Counted from the first letter of the stretch, positions 43,137 through 55,084 are shown. The stretch is DNA of 64,000 bases from Candidatus Bathyarchaeota archaeon (GCA_963780185.1 CAWABA010000005.1:96001-160000); one strand, 5' to 3'. Notes: a model not told the origin generated them from the sequence alone. A program made the numbers and translations.

Positions 43137-44676
43137 TTGAGTTACATTAACTTAGAAGTTACTAATCTTTTAACAATTGATAACACAATGAAGGTGAAGG
43201 ATTCACAAAATGGACAGTATGGATACGTAGCTATAACTGCCACAAATGGACCTGATACTAATAATCCAATTGCAACTTTAACGCTAAGCGATCTATGGGT
43301 TACCGATCAATTGTCAATAACTGCTCCTAACAACGGTTGGATTACATTAAAGGGCATAGATCTTGGCAAAGGACCAATAGTACAAATTAGTCAAGCAGTG
43401 ATGACTAAAAGTGACCTCATTGTCTACGGCCTCATAAACACCAGTACCAACCCTACGAAACTTTGGGGCGGAGGTGGTATAGCTATTGGTTATGGTTGGG
43501 TAGGCCATCCCCAAGGGGGATCACCACCTCTCATTTGGTTGACCGGCGCGTCGGAACCGTATCAGTCGGGCAACAGTTTTCCGTCAAGCGTGATTACCGC
43601 TGATGCGGGTGAACTGTTTAATCTTACTGCTACTTGGAGCGGATATTCTCCTGGCTACTACCTGTGGAACGGAAGTAACTGGATTCTTCAGCCGAGCGCT
43701 AGCGGGTTCTACGATACCTTGTTCTTGGTTCAGTATAACTCGTCTGGCATCGAATCGCCTGCTCATTTGGATTTGGGCAATTTGACTGCTCATGGCGGAA
43801 TGACGGTCAATGGGACTATAACCTTAAGCGGAATACCTATGATGAATTTTCAGGAATGTCCTGGCGATTACCTCGTAAAGGGCTCGAGAGGTCATCCAGC
43901 CTTGACTAATGCGACGATGACTCGCGTGTGGTTGGAAATCGATGATGCCTCACTTGTGGAGGGTACAACCGGGCCTGGAGCAAGCATACAATTCAATAAT
44001 AATGCCACCAACTACTGGGAAATTATTAACAGCGTTTACTGTGCAGCAAGTTGTATTCCAGCGTCTGACAACCTCGAGTTCTGGTATGACGGGCCAAATC
44101 CTGGCTCCAAATTCGCAATTTATGGCAATGGCGCTGTCTGGACAATGCACAACAAGATAGATGATGGCTCAGGAAACATGACTGTCAGCGGCGCCGTTTA
44201 TGTGGACTCTGGTCATTTTGTGAGTATGTCTTCTAATTCGAACATGTGCTTTGATGGTGGATCTAGTGCAAACTTTTACTGGCGATGTAACTATAACCTG
44301 CCTCAATTAAACAACTTCACAACCACAATGACTCTGACTCCGTGGGGCGATTTGTACATAATCGGAAGTTACTATAGCTGGTCATCGCAACGCAATAAGA
44401 CAAATATTATTTCAATGCCTGACGCTTCATGGATTTACAATCTAAGACCTGTAACGTTCGATTGGACCGATCCAAAGCGGGCTACAGCGCTAGGCAGGAC
44501 GATGGGACTTATCGCTGAAGAAGTCTACACAATCAATCCACAACTGAGTAAAGCTAGACGATGACGGGCAGCCTCAGGGGATAAACTACGGTTTGCTTTC
44601 AGTGCCGATTCTTGCAGAGTTGCAGAAGTTAAGGACAGAAGTTGACGCATTAAAAGCCAAATTGGCAGCCTCTTAA
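43137..44676 (+). CDS. Tail fibre with a C-terminal peptidase S74 intramolecular chaperone, cassette 2; frameshift near 44550
   Basis: SSQRNKTNI...LRPVTFDW...GLIAEEV, continuing LSVPILAELQKL in another frame. Confidence 0.75.
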
Positions 44677-44718
44677 ATCAGAAAACAAAGATTCAATGAT
44701 TCAGGAGGTGTCACAGAA

Positions 44719-44901
44719 TTGGCAGAACAGACAAACCCCCCAGGCTCTCCTGTCGTGCAGCATATTGGTGTTTTGAATTTGCGGATTAACGATATGATGT
44801 CGCAGCTTAACACTGTCATGAAGGCTCTGATGGAGGAGAACGCGTCTCTGAAGAAGGAGAACGGAGACCTGAAAGCTAAACAGCAAACAAGCAAGCAGTA
44901 A
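44719..44901 (+). CDS. Small coiled-coil protein, copy 2
   Basis: QHIGVLNLRINDMMSQLNTVMKALMEEN; GGAGGTG SD. Confidence 0.78.
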   Translation: MAEQTNPPGSPVVQHIGVLNLRINDMMSQLNTVMKALMEENASLKKENGDLKAKQQTSKQ

Positions 44902-45105
44902 GCAAGCGGCTTGCTAAGCAATCTTTTTTCTTCATTTAGAGATTTTCAACTGATATTTCAATGGGCACTGACGAGCCTCAAATTGACAAAGACATAGACA
45001 AGTTGGATGCTTTGCTTAATGAAACAGAGACAGCAAACACGGCTAAAGCGGATGTTGGGGAGCCGCCGAGACAGCCCAGGGGCGCCTGAATAAAGCTCCA
45101 ACGAG
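44902..45105 (+). repeat. Junction repeat R2 including terS 3' and terL 5' fragments
   Basis: Aligns with 48922-49120; terL frame stops at APE*. Confidence 0.8.
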
Positions 45106-45367
45106 CGCAACTGCGCCTGAAGCCGCTTGCTTTTCCACCCATGTTTTTGCTTCGGGCCAAGTTTGCAAGGTTGCCCCCTCCCACTTCGGCTTCGGCAAGT
45201 GCATCTGGATCTGTCGCATAGGCATGGCGAAAAAAACCATCCACCCGCGCTTTTCAGCTCCCATGCACTCTCCCGAAGCCTAAACCTCGAAAGCGGCTCC
45301 CCATTGCCCCAAAAATCATTGCTCAACCAGTTCAAAGGTATCGGAAAGTTGAAGGAGAAATGAACCC

Positions 45368-45583
45368 ATGGAAATCTTGACCGCCAAAGCTTGTTTTAAG
45401 AAGGCGAAGAAGCCTCGAAAAGACAAGTTTACCGTCACCTACGAGTACGCTTGGTCAGCAACCAACGATCCAGACGTTTTACAAACAGAGGAGTCATCCC
45501 AAATAAGCAATAACCTTGGTGTTCTAAGTCAAAATTTCTACACTATTGGAGTTAATTTTTCCTCTTCTCTCAAAAAATCATAG
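45368..45583 (+). CDS. Small hypothetical protein (TVTYEYxW family, copy 1)
   Basis: Paralog of 50468-50710. Confidence 0.5.
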   Translation: MEILTAKACFKKAKKPRKDKFTVTYEYAWSATNDPDVLQTEESSQISNNLGVLSQNFYTIGVNFSSSLKKS

Positions 45584-45753
45584 TCATAGGTGAACAAATT
45601 TGTACAAAACAAAATTAGAACAGAAAAATAGTTGGAATGGAATCAGTCGATTCCCACAAACTGATGGGGCTACCAAACAAATCAATGGACTGTTTGGGGT
45701 TTCATCTAAAACTGAGTATGCAGTATCAACGGCTTGGGAGATGAACTGACAAA

Positions 45754-48682
45754 ATGTCGCAATATCAAATCATCGGCGGAAACAGCAGTGGTCCCGGCTT
45801 ATGGTTTACCAGTTGGGGTTCAGTTTCAAGCTTTGGCAGCAACCTCGGCATTGGCTTAACGCCACAAACCCAAGGTCAAATGGTGCTTAACGGTGGCAGC
45901 GGCGGATTCATATTCGCAAATTCAGGAACTACAAAAGCCTCAATAGACGGCTCCGGAAACATGACGCCTATTGGCAGTGTACAGTTATCATCCGACTTTA
46001 GCCAAGCGGCTCTCAGTAGCCTTCAGATAATTGCGGATATTTACGGCTATGCAGGCGGCGTTTTCCTTGGCCCGACAATCACGTTACCTCACACGAATAG
46101 CTATACTGCGTTTGTCGATAGCTATAGTAGCTACCAATCAAATCTCTTTCTAGTAATGGATACAAATGGATACCCCACTACCCCGTCAAAATGGTCGCCG
46201 CTGATCGCAACAGATCAAGGTTTCATAGTAAAAAAGGACATTCAGGTTGGTGGTGCTTTTTTTAGCAGTCAAGGTGCAGTCAATCTAGGTGGGGGGGTTC
46301 ACATCTCAAATTGATTATCCTATGATTGCCCTAAATTATTACGGCGTCAACAGATTAAGTGGGAACGGTTCATACAATATCGCGGCTATTCCTCAGTATT
46401 CATCTCCGCCTTCAGGACAATCCGGTCAGGTCTATATAAATACAGGAAATAATCACCTGTATAAGTACAACAGCGGTTCTTGGCAGGACATGGGGCTGTC
46501 TTCTAACTTCAACAACAATTATGATACGCTATGGCTCAAGGGATCATCAGCTTCAACTCAGGCAACAGACTGGCCCTGGGCAAACTTGGAGCTTGAAAAC
46601 TTGACTGCTCATGGAAACATTACTATTTATGGCGCTCTTACAGTGGGCTCAAACCAGTCATTGACAGACGCTTATGGGCAGTCAAGCACGAGTTGCAAAG
46701 GGTATTTTCTGCAGTCGGACCCGACAAATGGCTATCCGAAATGGGTTTCGCAGTCGGCGACATGGAACGGCGGTACAGTAACTACAAATATAGAAATAAA
46801 TTGTGTACAACCCTACCTTGATTTGCTCTATGCAGGCTATGAAGAATGGGAAATCGGAATGATAACATCTGGAAGCACATCGCTTCAATTTGCTTACTCA
46901 AATCACAACGTCGTTATGACTTTAGATTACTCAGGTGACTTGACGCTTGCAGGCGCATTATCTACTACCGCCACCAACTTTCATCTTGCTCCAATATCAG
47001 GCGGCAATATTGGATTTACAAATTATGCTAAAAGCCAGTGGGGACTATATGTCACTGATGCTACTAACCCTACAGCGCACACTATGAATAACACATTAGA
47101 TGACGGCTCAGGTAACATGAGGTTTGCGGGTACTCTTAGTTTAGGTGGAACCCAAAGCAACATCGCCTACTCAGATGGTCTAACAGCTAGCGGTTTATGG
47201 AACATAGGCGGTAATTGGTTTACAAACTATGACGCGTCTTTTTTCCAAGACATGTTCAAGTTCAACCCTCCGATGCTCGCAGAATACCAGGATAGTGGCG
47301 GCTGGCACAGTACAAGCATTCCTTTAACTTTGTTTCTCGGAGAGCAACTGGGCGGATTTAACATTGCAAATGGCTGGCTGGGTTACCGTCTAACATGGAA
47401 CAACAACATGTATTCTTTTCTCGAAGCGCTTCTCATACACTATTCAACCCAAGGCAATTCAATGACTATGACACTGCAAACTTCCACGGACAATACCAAT
47501 TGGACAACTGTAACAACGATTTCAGGAATAAACAGCTGGCCTGGCTACACAGCATACAAGAAAGGCATAATGACTTACAGCCCTAACATATACATAAGAA
47601 TAATCTTCACTCCTGCATGGAACAACGGCAATGGCATAGAACTGTACAACATCAGATACATGGCAAGCTACCCATACAATTGGACTAACGAAAACTTCGC
47701 ACTTTACACATGGGATGCATACAAGAATGTAACATTCGGCAACGCTATAACATCTGGCGGCGACGTAATTATCCCTGGCTCCAACCATCTGTATTTTAAC
47801 GGTGGAACCACTTGCCTAAACTACTACAGTGGCTATGGAAATAATACCATAACAACAAGTGCGGACTTTAACGTAAACGGAAACTTGTACATGGCAGGTC
47901 AAATCAGCTTCTATCCCGGCAGCGGAAAGTATGCGTACTTAATTTGGTCCAACTCTTACGTCTTGACTTTAGGTGCCAACGGCGGACCATTCTATTACGG
48001 TGTCGGACACGATGGATACACAGGGTATTTCGGCGCGCTAGACTGCGGAGCGGTTTTCACCCAGTACATCAACCCCATAGGTTCGCTCAGCACAGTCACA
48101 CTAGGCGGCAACTTCACTGTTAATGGCAACATCTACTCTTGGAATGGCGGCGGTGGCGGAGGCTCTAACGGCGGCATATACCTTGACAGCTATGGGAACG
48201 TTCGCTTTGGCGGAGGCAGCGGCACTGGAGACCACAACTGGGTCACCTACTTTGGCAACACGATTCTGATGCAAGTCTGGAACAACGGCTATCTTAGCCT
48301 GCCACAAACATTGAACGGCAGCAACGTGCCCGTGTACTGTAACAGTAGCGGTACTTTGTATAAATCCAGCTCATCCATACGTTACAAGGAACGCATTCAA
48401 CCAGTTACCGACAGCTCGTGGATTTACACTCTGAAACCAGTTACGTTTTACTGGAAACAGGAAGAGCAAGCTCTTCGAGGCATCAACCAACAGATAGGCT
48501 TAATCGCTGAGGACGTCAACACTGTGCAGCCTTTGCTTACTTACATGGATACTCAGGGAAACATTGATGGAGTGTACTACGAAAAGCTCGCTGTGCCAAT
48601 AGTTGTTGAACTGCAGAAGCTCCGGGCACGGGTTGATCAACTGGAAAGTCAGCTCAAGCAAAAACCAGCGGCGGCAGCTTAG
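45754..48682 (+). CDS. Long tail fibre with an S74 chaperone, cassette 3; frameshift in the G-run near 46290
   Basis: Shared core domain; SSIRYKERI...LKPVTFYW...IGLIAEDV...LAVPIVVELQKL. Confidence 0.8.
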
Positions 48683-48729
48683 GAAGATCACTTGATTCTT
48701 GGCAACCAATGAAGCAGGAGGTGACTTAC

Positions 48730-48921
48730 TTGGCACAAGACAACTTACAGGCAGCTCCTGAAGGGCAGTCGCTCATGCAGCACATCGGCCTGTTAAACGT
48801 GCGCATTAACGATATGATGTCGCAACTTAACACTGTCATGAAGGCTCTGATGGAAGAGAACGCATCGCTGAAGAAGGAGAACGCTGACCTGAAAACTAAA
48901 AAACAAAATAGCAAGCAGTAA
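48730..48921 (+). CDS. Small coiled-coil protein, copy 3
   Basis: QHIGLLNVRINDMMSQLNTVMKALMEEN; TTG start after GGAGGTG. Confidence 0.78.
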   Translation: MAQDNLQAAPEGQSLMQHIGLLNVRINDMMSQLNTVMKALMEENASLKKENADLKTKKQNSKQ

Positions 48922-49120
48922 GCAAGCGGCTTGCTAAACAACCTTTTTTTCTTTTTCTTAAAATTAGAGATTTTCAACTGATATTTCAATTGGAACTGAT
49001 GAGCGTCAAATTGACAAAGACGTAGACAAGTTGGATGCTTTGCTTAATGAAACAGAGACAGCAAACGCGGTTGCGGCGGATGGTGGGCAGCGACCAAGAA
49101 AGTCAGAAGGCACCTGAAAA
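48922..49120 (+). repeat. Junction repeat R3, running into full-length terL2
   Basis: Same sequence as R1/R2. Confidence 0.8.
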
Positions 49121-50443
49121 AGCGCTTCCCCGCCCAATTGTGCCTGAAGACCCCGTTGTTTTTGCCCAAGAATTTTTCGGGTTTCAGGTCTATCCTTACC
49201 AGGCTGGCCTTCTTCGGGATCGGGCTAAACGTATCGTGGTTCGGTGGAGCAGGCAAGCAGGCAAAACCACCTGCATTGCTTTGCGTGCGATTTGGTTCGC
49301 GTGCGCCTACCCGAAGACGTTGACCTTGATTGTGGCTCCCACCCTCCGCCAAAGCATGATTATGAGCGACCGCATCCAAGACTTCCTCGGCAGCCTCCCC
49401 CAAGAAAAACGGTTGGCGCTGGTTGAGAGGATGCAGCGCACAACGATTCGTTTCCGCAACGGCAGCAAAATCGTCGCCTTACCCAACAGCCCCCAGCTGC
49501 TCCGAGGCTACACGGCGAACCAATGCATCTGCGACGAATCTGCCTTCTTCAAAGATGACAAACTCGTCTTCTACAACGTCCTGTACCCGATGCTGAGCAC
49601 CACTGACGGCGCACTATCGCGAGCAGCACGCCTTGGAGCAAAGACAGCGTTTACTACCGCATGTGCCAAGCCCCGGAGTTCAGCAAGCACACGATAACCT
49701 GCGAGGAAGTCGTCAAGGCGGGCTTAATCAAGCAGGGCTTCATCGATGAGATGCGGAGCCAGCTGCCGATTGACCGTTTTTTGCGGGAGTTCATGGCGGA
49801 GTTCGTGGAAGACATCGATGCGTGGCTAACCCAAAGCCTAATTGTGAGCTGCATCGACAGCCAACTGGCAACCTACGATTTCCAGGCGCAACCCACGGGC
49901 GAGTTTTTCGTCGGCGTGGATTTGGGAAAGGAGCAGGATTTCAGCGTTGTGTTGGTGGTTGAGAAGTTGGGTTCCCAGTTGCGGGTTGTCCATGTTCATC
50001 GGTTCCCATTGCACTCGGAGTACGCCTCTGTCATAGGCTACGTTAAGAGCCTGCAGGACCGCTGGAGAAGTATCCGCAGCGTCTACACGGACGTGACAGG
50101 TGTCGGCAACTACATAACCGAGGACATGAGCCACAGCGGCATCCAAGGCGTAACGGGGGTTGCGTTTACGGTGCAGTCGAAGGAGGAGATGGCGACGATC
50201 CTGCGGGAAAAAATGCGCTCAGGCGAAGTCAAAATCCCCTACGTACCCGCCAAACGCCTCGACGACGTGGATTTAACCGCGGAACTCAACGTAGAAAAGT
50301 ACATGCTTATGAAGACGGGTCACCTGCGGTTCAGCCACCCCGACGGCGCCCACGACGACGTCTTCTGGGCTACGGCGCTTGCGGTGCTGTCGGCGGTGCA
50401 GTCGCCGCTGCCGGGAAAAGGAGCAGCAATGCTACCCCACTAA
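49047..50443 (+). CDS. terL: Phage terminase large subunit, copy 2; frameshift near 49615
   Basis: SRQAGKTT, CICDES, GVDLG, HDD; ends GKGAAMLPH like copy 1. Confidence 0.87.
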
Positions 50444-50467
50444 ATTAACCCCCGACTTGGTGAAACA

Positions 50468-50710
50468 ATGATAAACTTAGAAATTCCAACCATTAAAATA
50501 TCTAAGAAAAAGCATAACGTTCGGTCTAAACAAGGCTCTACCGTCACTTACGAATATTCTTGGTGTGCAACCAATAATTCATATGTTTTAATGAACAACT
50601 GTAAGCGCTTCCAAATAAGAAATGGCAATGATGGGAATATGGCGAACCAGAATTCCTATAATGTTGCCGTTGTTTTTTCTAACATGGAAACGAGCCGCGA
50701 TGCATGTTAG
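50468..50710 (+). CDS. Small hypothetical protein (TVTYEYxW family, copy 2)
   Basis: TVTYEYSWCATN...QNSY matches 45368-45583. Confidence 0.5.
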   Translation: MINLEIPTIKISKKKHNVRSKQGSTVTYEYSWCATNNSYVLMNNCKRFQIRNGNDGNMANQNSYNVAVVFSNMETSRDAC

Positions 50711-50920
50711 TTAGCGTTAAGATATTTCCAGGTTTTCGATATTTCTCGCGTTTGTCCTAAAATCATGGTAATGGATTGATAAAATATGTTTAGAAAAAAA
50801 TCTTTAAACCAAGAAACTTCGAAGATGCTTTGCCCTTTCTTTGAGCGGAGCAAAATCTTCGAACAAGAAAGTTTGCCAATGCAAAATCTACAAAACACTA
50901 TATCGGTGAGGTGGTAACTG

Positions 50921-53523
50921 ATGACGATTACAAGAGTCCAAGGCAACAAAAAAGGAATAGCTGACAATAGCAGCTCCCTCAATATCACGCTGGATGCCAA
51001 CCCGATAAACGGCAACTTGCTTATAGCTGTCATCGGCACTTATGCAAGTTATCCTCCTAGCGTCAGCTCAATTTCACAATCAAACGTCTCGTGGACTCGG
51101 CAAGCTCAACGTTCCGACTCTTCGCTTCTGGGCAGAAATGTTGAAATCTGGGCTGGCGTCGTTTCCGCCAATGCTTCTTCAAGTTTAACGATCACACTTG
51201 CCAGTAGCGCTGATCCAGTCGTGGCAGACGTTTGCGAATACAGCGGTTTGGTAAGCAGCAATTTCTTGGATCAAATAGCAACAGCAGATAGCTGCTATAC
51301 AACAACCCTTGCAACGGGTACCACTACAAACACTTCGAATGCCAACGAGCTTTGGATTGGAGGTATATTTAATGTATGTGACGTCTGGAACGGAAACAAC
51401 GACTCATCTCCCACAAATGGATTTACGCTACTCGACGGCATTGGAAACTCTTCTAGTGGTGGAACAAAGAAGTCTGGCCTATCTGGAAAAGATTGTCTCC
51501 ACAACTGGAACTGCTTATTCAGGAGTCACTGGTGGTTCATATTCAACGTATGAAGCTTACGTTGGCTGCATTGCCACTTTTAAGGCGCCCGCAAGTGCTT
51601 CTAAGCTCGCCTTCACGGCAGGTGCTGGCCAATTGGTGGCTGCAGGCATAGTTTCCAGCGTGATTACTGTGCAAGTGCAAGATTCAAGCGGCAATCCTGT
51701 CACGTCAGGCGCCACGGTTGGATTGTCAACCTCTTCAGCGGGCGGTACATTCTATTCCGATGCAGCGGGCAACAACCAGGTTACGTCCATTACAATCTCT
51801 TCAGGGCAGAGCGCAGGTAGCTTTTACTACAAAGACACTACCGTAGGTATGCCAACCCTTACGGCGTCTTCAACAGGCTTAACGTCGGCTGCAACCCAGT
51901 TTTCCGTCAGTCAGTGGACTGCGGGGGTTGTTACCGGCGTTTCGGGCGGTGTGAAGATTTCAAGTTCAAATGCCTTGGTGCTTGATAGTTCGTACAGCCC
52001 AACGTTTGCAGGATCTACATTGACCGGCAATACTCCAACCCTATATCTACCTAGCAACATCTGGTGACGCTTCAATCGGATTTTTTGATGCATCAACTAT
52101 TAAGATGGGCTTGTGCTATTCCGCAGCCGGTGACTACCTCTATCTACGCGATCCTACCGCTCAACAAGATCTTCTTCAAGTTAGCCAGGATGGACAGTTA
52201 AGAATTCCCGTTCCAGGGAGCTCAGGTGGACTGTTACTCGGTACAGATGCAAGCCTTTACCAAAGTGCGGTTAATACTCTGGCTACAAGCGGCAACCTGA
52301 CAATTGCTGGAAATGCTACAGTTGATCACGTTTTGACTCTGCCGTGCCCAGTTAACGCTTACATCCCTGCTTATATTCTAAATATGGGTTGGCTCTGGCA
52401 CTATACGAGCGGCATATGGGATCCATCAGGCATGCCCATTGACAATACAACCAATTCATTAGTTCTACAGCATCCTACCCTTCTAGACCCTAATAACAAC
52501 AATCAGCCTTACTTCGCAGACTGGACACTAGCAATGATTGATAATAGCCCCAGAACAGATTATCCATACTGGCCTATCATGTATACGCATTCAGGCGTAA
52601 TGATACAGCGTGACCTCTCAGTCGGCGGCTTCGTATGTTCAAACCAAGGAGCGTTGGCCGCAGGACACGGTTTAAAATATCAAATGGACCCACCAAAAAT
52701 TTGGCTAACAGATTCAGGCACTTCGTTAGCCGATAACATATTATACGCACCCAGTGACCCCCAAAACCCAAAAGACCTTCAACTATACATCTGCAATACT
52801 GACCAGAATCCTTCCCGTCAACTTTACCACATTTATCAATACAGTGTGACTTTGGGCAGTTGGAGTGACCTTGGACCAATGAGTCAATTCCAAAGTCAAT
52901 ACTTCGACACATTGTACATACAAAAAGCCAATTGTAAATCAGCAGGAAACTTGAACGTAGCAAACATTACAATGGACGGTTACTCACGGATAACCTGGAA
53001 TACGCCTTCAAATACGGATTGGTATGATATTGGTAGTATACGTTTCAACAATACTTCAAACAGCTTAGGTATGGAATTCAAAGGAACCGTGCACGACTTT
53101 GATCTTGGTAGCCCCCCAGATCAGACCCTTTATCCAGTGTTGCAGATGAATTTTCTCGATCCAAGTCTCAATAATGGTTACACCACCACGCATGAGTTCG
53201 ACATGAATGGTAACATGCGTATCTGGGGCAATTTGTATTATGCCGGAAGTTTAGTTCCCTTTGACTCTATTGACGATTTTGCCGCATTAAGAACAATAAA
53301 AACAAAAATCGATGGAAATGGAAAGCCAATTCATGACCCTGCGACGCTGAAATTTCTCCAAGATGACAAGGGGCTTTTCTCATTGGGCGCATGTGTAGGC
53401 TGGGAATTGAGCATTGAGCAGAAGCTCCTTAGCGAAATTGACAGCCTCAAGGTAGAAGTCGCTGATTTGCAGTCTCAACTCAACGCCTTAAAGACAAGCA
53501 ATCAAAAGGGTGCGGTGAATTGA
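50921..53523 (+). CDS. Tail-fibre-like protein, cassette 4 (three ORF pieces, probably frameshifted; may be two genes)
   Basis: Ser/Thr-rich beta domains, Ig-like KLAF...ITVQVQD domain, shared core RDLSVGG...NQG...PPKIWLT...DTLYI, C-terminal coiled coil. Confidence 0.65.
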
Positions 53524-53524
53524 T

Positions 53525-53707
53525 TTGTCAAAGGAACAAAACGAAGCTTCTCCAGTCATGCAGCAAATCGGCATGCTAAACCTGCGCATCAACGACATGA
53601 TGACACAACTAAACGCTGTTATGAAAGCATTGATGGATGAGAACGCTGCTTTAAAAAAAGAGAACGCTGACCTAAAAGCTCAACAAGAGAAAACAACTAA
53701 GGCCTAA
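53525..53707 (+). CDS. Small coiled-coil protein, copy 4
   Basis: QQIGMLNLRINDMMTQLNAVMKALMDEN. Confidence 0.78.
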   Translation: MSKEQNEASPVMQQIGMLNLRINDMMTQLNAVMKALMDENAALKKENADLKAQQEKTTKA

Positions 53708-53873
53708 ATAGCTTGCAATTCCCTCCTTTTTTACGTTATATCTTTTTTAATGAATCCTGTTCTAAGACGATTTCTGTCCTCTCTTGCATTTTAAATTCAT
53801 CACAAGAGAAGAACTCTGCAGTTCAAAGCTTTTCCAAGAAAATACATTTACCCAATTCAAGTCATCGATTGTT

Positions 53874-53910
53874 AGTCAAAAACATTGACTTTATTCAGTC
53901 AAGAAACTTT
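53874..53910. repeat. TTGACT-N6-AGTCAA multi-box site, copy 3
   Basis: AGTCAA aaaca TTGACT ttattc AGTCAA gaaact. Confidence 0.78.
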
Positions 53911-53951
53911 TATGAAAAGCCTTTTATCCCCAATAACCGCTCAAGTAATGT

Positions 53952-54653
53952 ATGGGCAGAATTAGCAAAAGCTACTCATTGATTCTTATTGTTTGCTTAC
54001 TCGTCTCAAGTTTAATAATGATCAAATTGGCATTTGCCACATCAATAACCAAGCCATCAGTTCCGCAGTTCACCCTCAAGGTTATTGGTGTATCAGAGGT
54101 ACAAATCACAATTCAAAATCAACCCTTAGTCTTAACTATGAACAATGAATCGCTATACTATAATGTTAGAATCAAAGCACATAGCGAAGAGAACTGGACT
54201 GAGCAGTACGCTTATAATTCTTTAGACGACTCTACTTCAAAAGGTACTATTCCGTCGCAGTCAAATTCCCAATACACACTATTAAATTGTTCAGTAATTA
54301 GTTACCCTGAAAATACTCAAGTAGATTTTCAAGTAGAAGCTATGTATGGGGTTTATTCTGTACAAGAGCCTGCAAGCAAGGATCCTTTTGTTCCGGCATT
54401 TACCGAATTTAGCATTCTTGCAGATGGAGAAAGCGGCTGGAGCAATACTCAGACAATAAGTATACTCGTCAAAGTTTCCTTAAGCCCAACACCCACATGC
54501 ATCTCGCCTACTTCCACGCCGACTTTAACGTCTATTTCCAATTCCGAGCTTTTACTAACAACCACTATAACTCTTGTAGTTATTGCATTATTGCTGGCTG
54601 TGATTACTGTGCTATTAATTCTTCTTATGAGGAAACGAAAAACCATTATTTAA
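53952..54653 (+). CDS. Secreted, C-terminally anchored surface protein (family A)
   Basis: PSVPQFT, IQNQP, YNVRIKAH, QVDFQVEA, SGWSNTQT, TM+RKRKT. Confidence 0.75.
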   Translation: MGRISKSYSLILIVCLLVSSLIMIKLAFATSITKPSVPQFTLKVIGVSEVQITIQNQPLVLTMNNESLYYNVRIKAHSEENWTEQYAYNSLDDSTSKGTIPSQSNSQYTLLNCSVISYPENTQVDFQVEAMYGVYSVQEPASKDPFVPAFTEFSILADGESGWSNTQTISILVKVSLSPTPTCISPTSTPTLTSISNSELLLTTTITLVVIALLLAVITVLLILLMRKRKTII

Positions 54654-54705
54654 AAGCAGACCTTTTCGCACGATTGAGTGTATAGTTGCTCAAGTCACAG
54701 TTCTT

Positions 54706-54747
54706 AGTTAAGAAACATTGACTTTATTTAGTCAATAAACTTTCAAC
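54706..54747. repeat. TTGACT-N6-AGTCAA multi-box site, copy 4
   Basis: AGTTAA gaaaca TTGACT ttattt AGTCAA taaact; in direct repeat with copy 3. Confidence 0.78.
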
Positions 54748-54794
54748 GCAAAGCCTGCATTTCCAAAATTATCGGTAACTGGGTGTATTTCGAT

Positions 54795-54995
54795 ATGAGT
54801 TTTGTCGGTAAAAAAATCAGCGGAAGCTTCCAAAAACTTCAAGCAAGGCTTGGTTTTAAAGCGGAGAGGCAGGTGCCGCCTGACGTTGCCAAGCGTCAGG
54901 TCGAGGAGGAGGTACCTTTTAGCTGGCGCAAGGACGAGATGCTTAATCTGCCACTACTACCCCGCCTACGACCTTCAAAAAGCCGGTCAGCTTAG
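54795..54995 (+). pseudogene. Truncated 5' gene fragment, possibly portal
   Basis: Protein-like for ~50 aa then degenerates; the portal guess rests only on position after terL. Confidence 0.3.
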
Positions 54996-55084
54996 TCGTC
55001 TTCAAATCCAGCTATTGTTAGAAGGCATAAAGTTAATTCGGAAAATTGAAAAATAAAACATCTGTAAAAACAGGAAATTTAGTT

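Noticed and set aside
34692-53523. Diversity-generating retroelement acting on fibres
   Set aside because: No reverse transcriptase and no adenine-mismatched TR/VR pair seen
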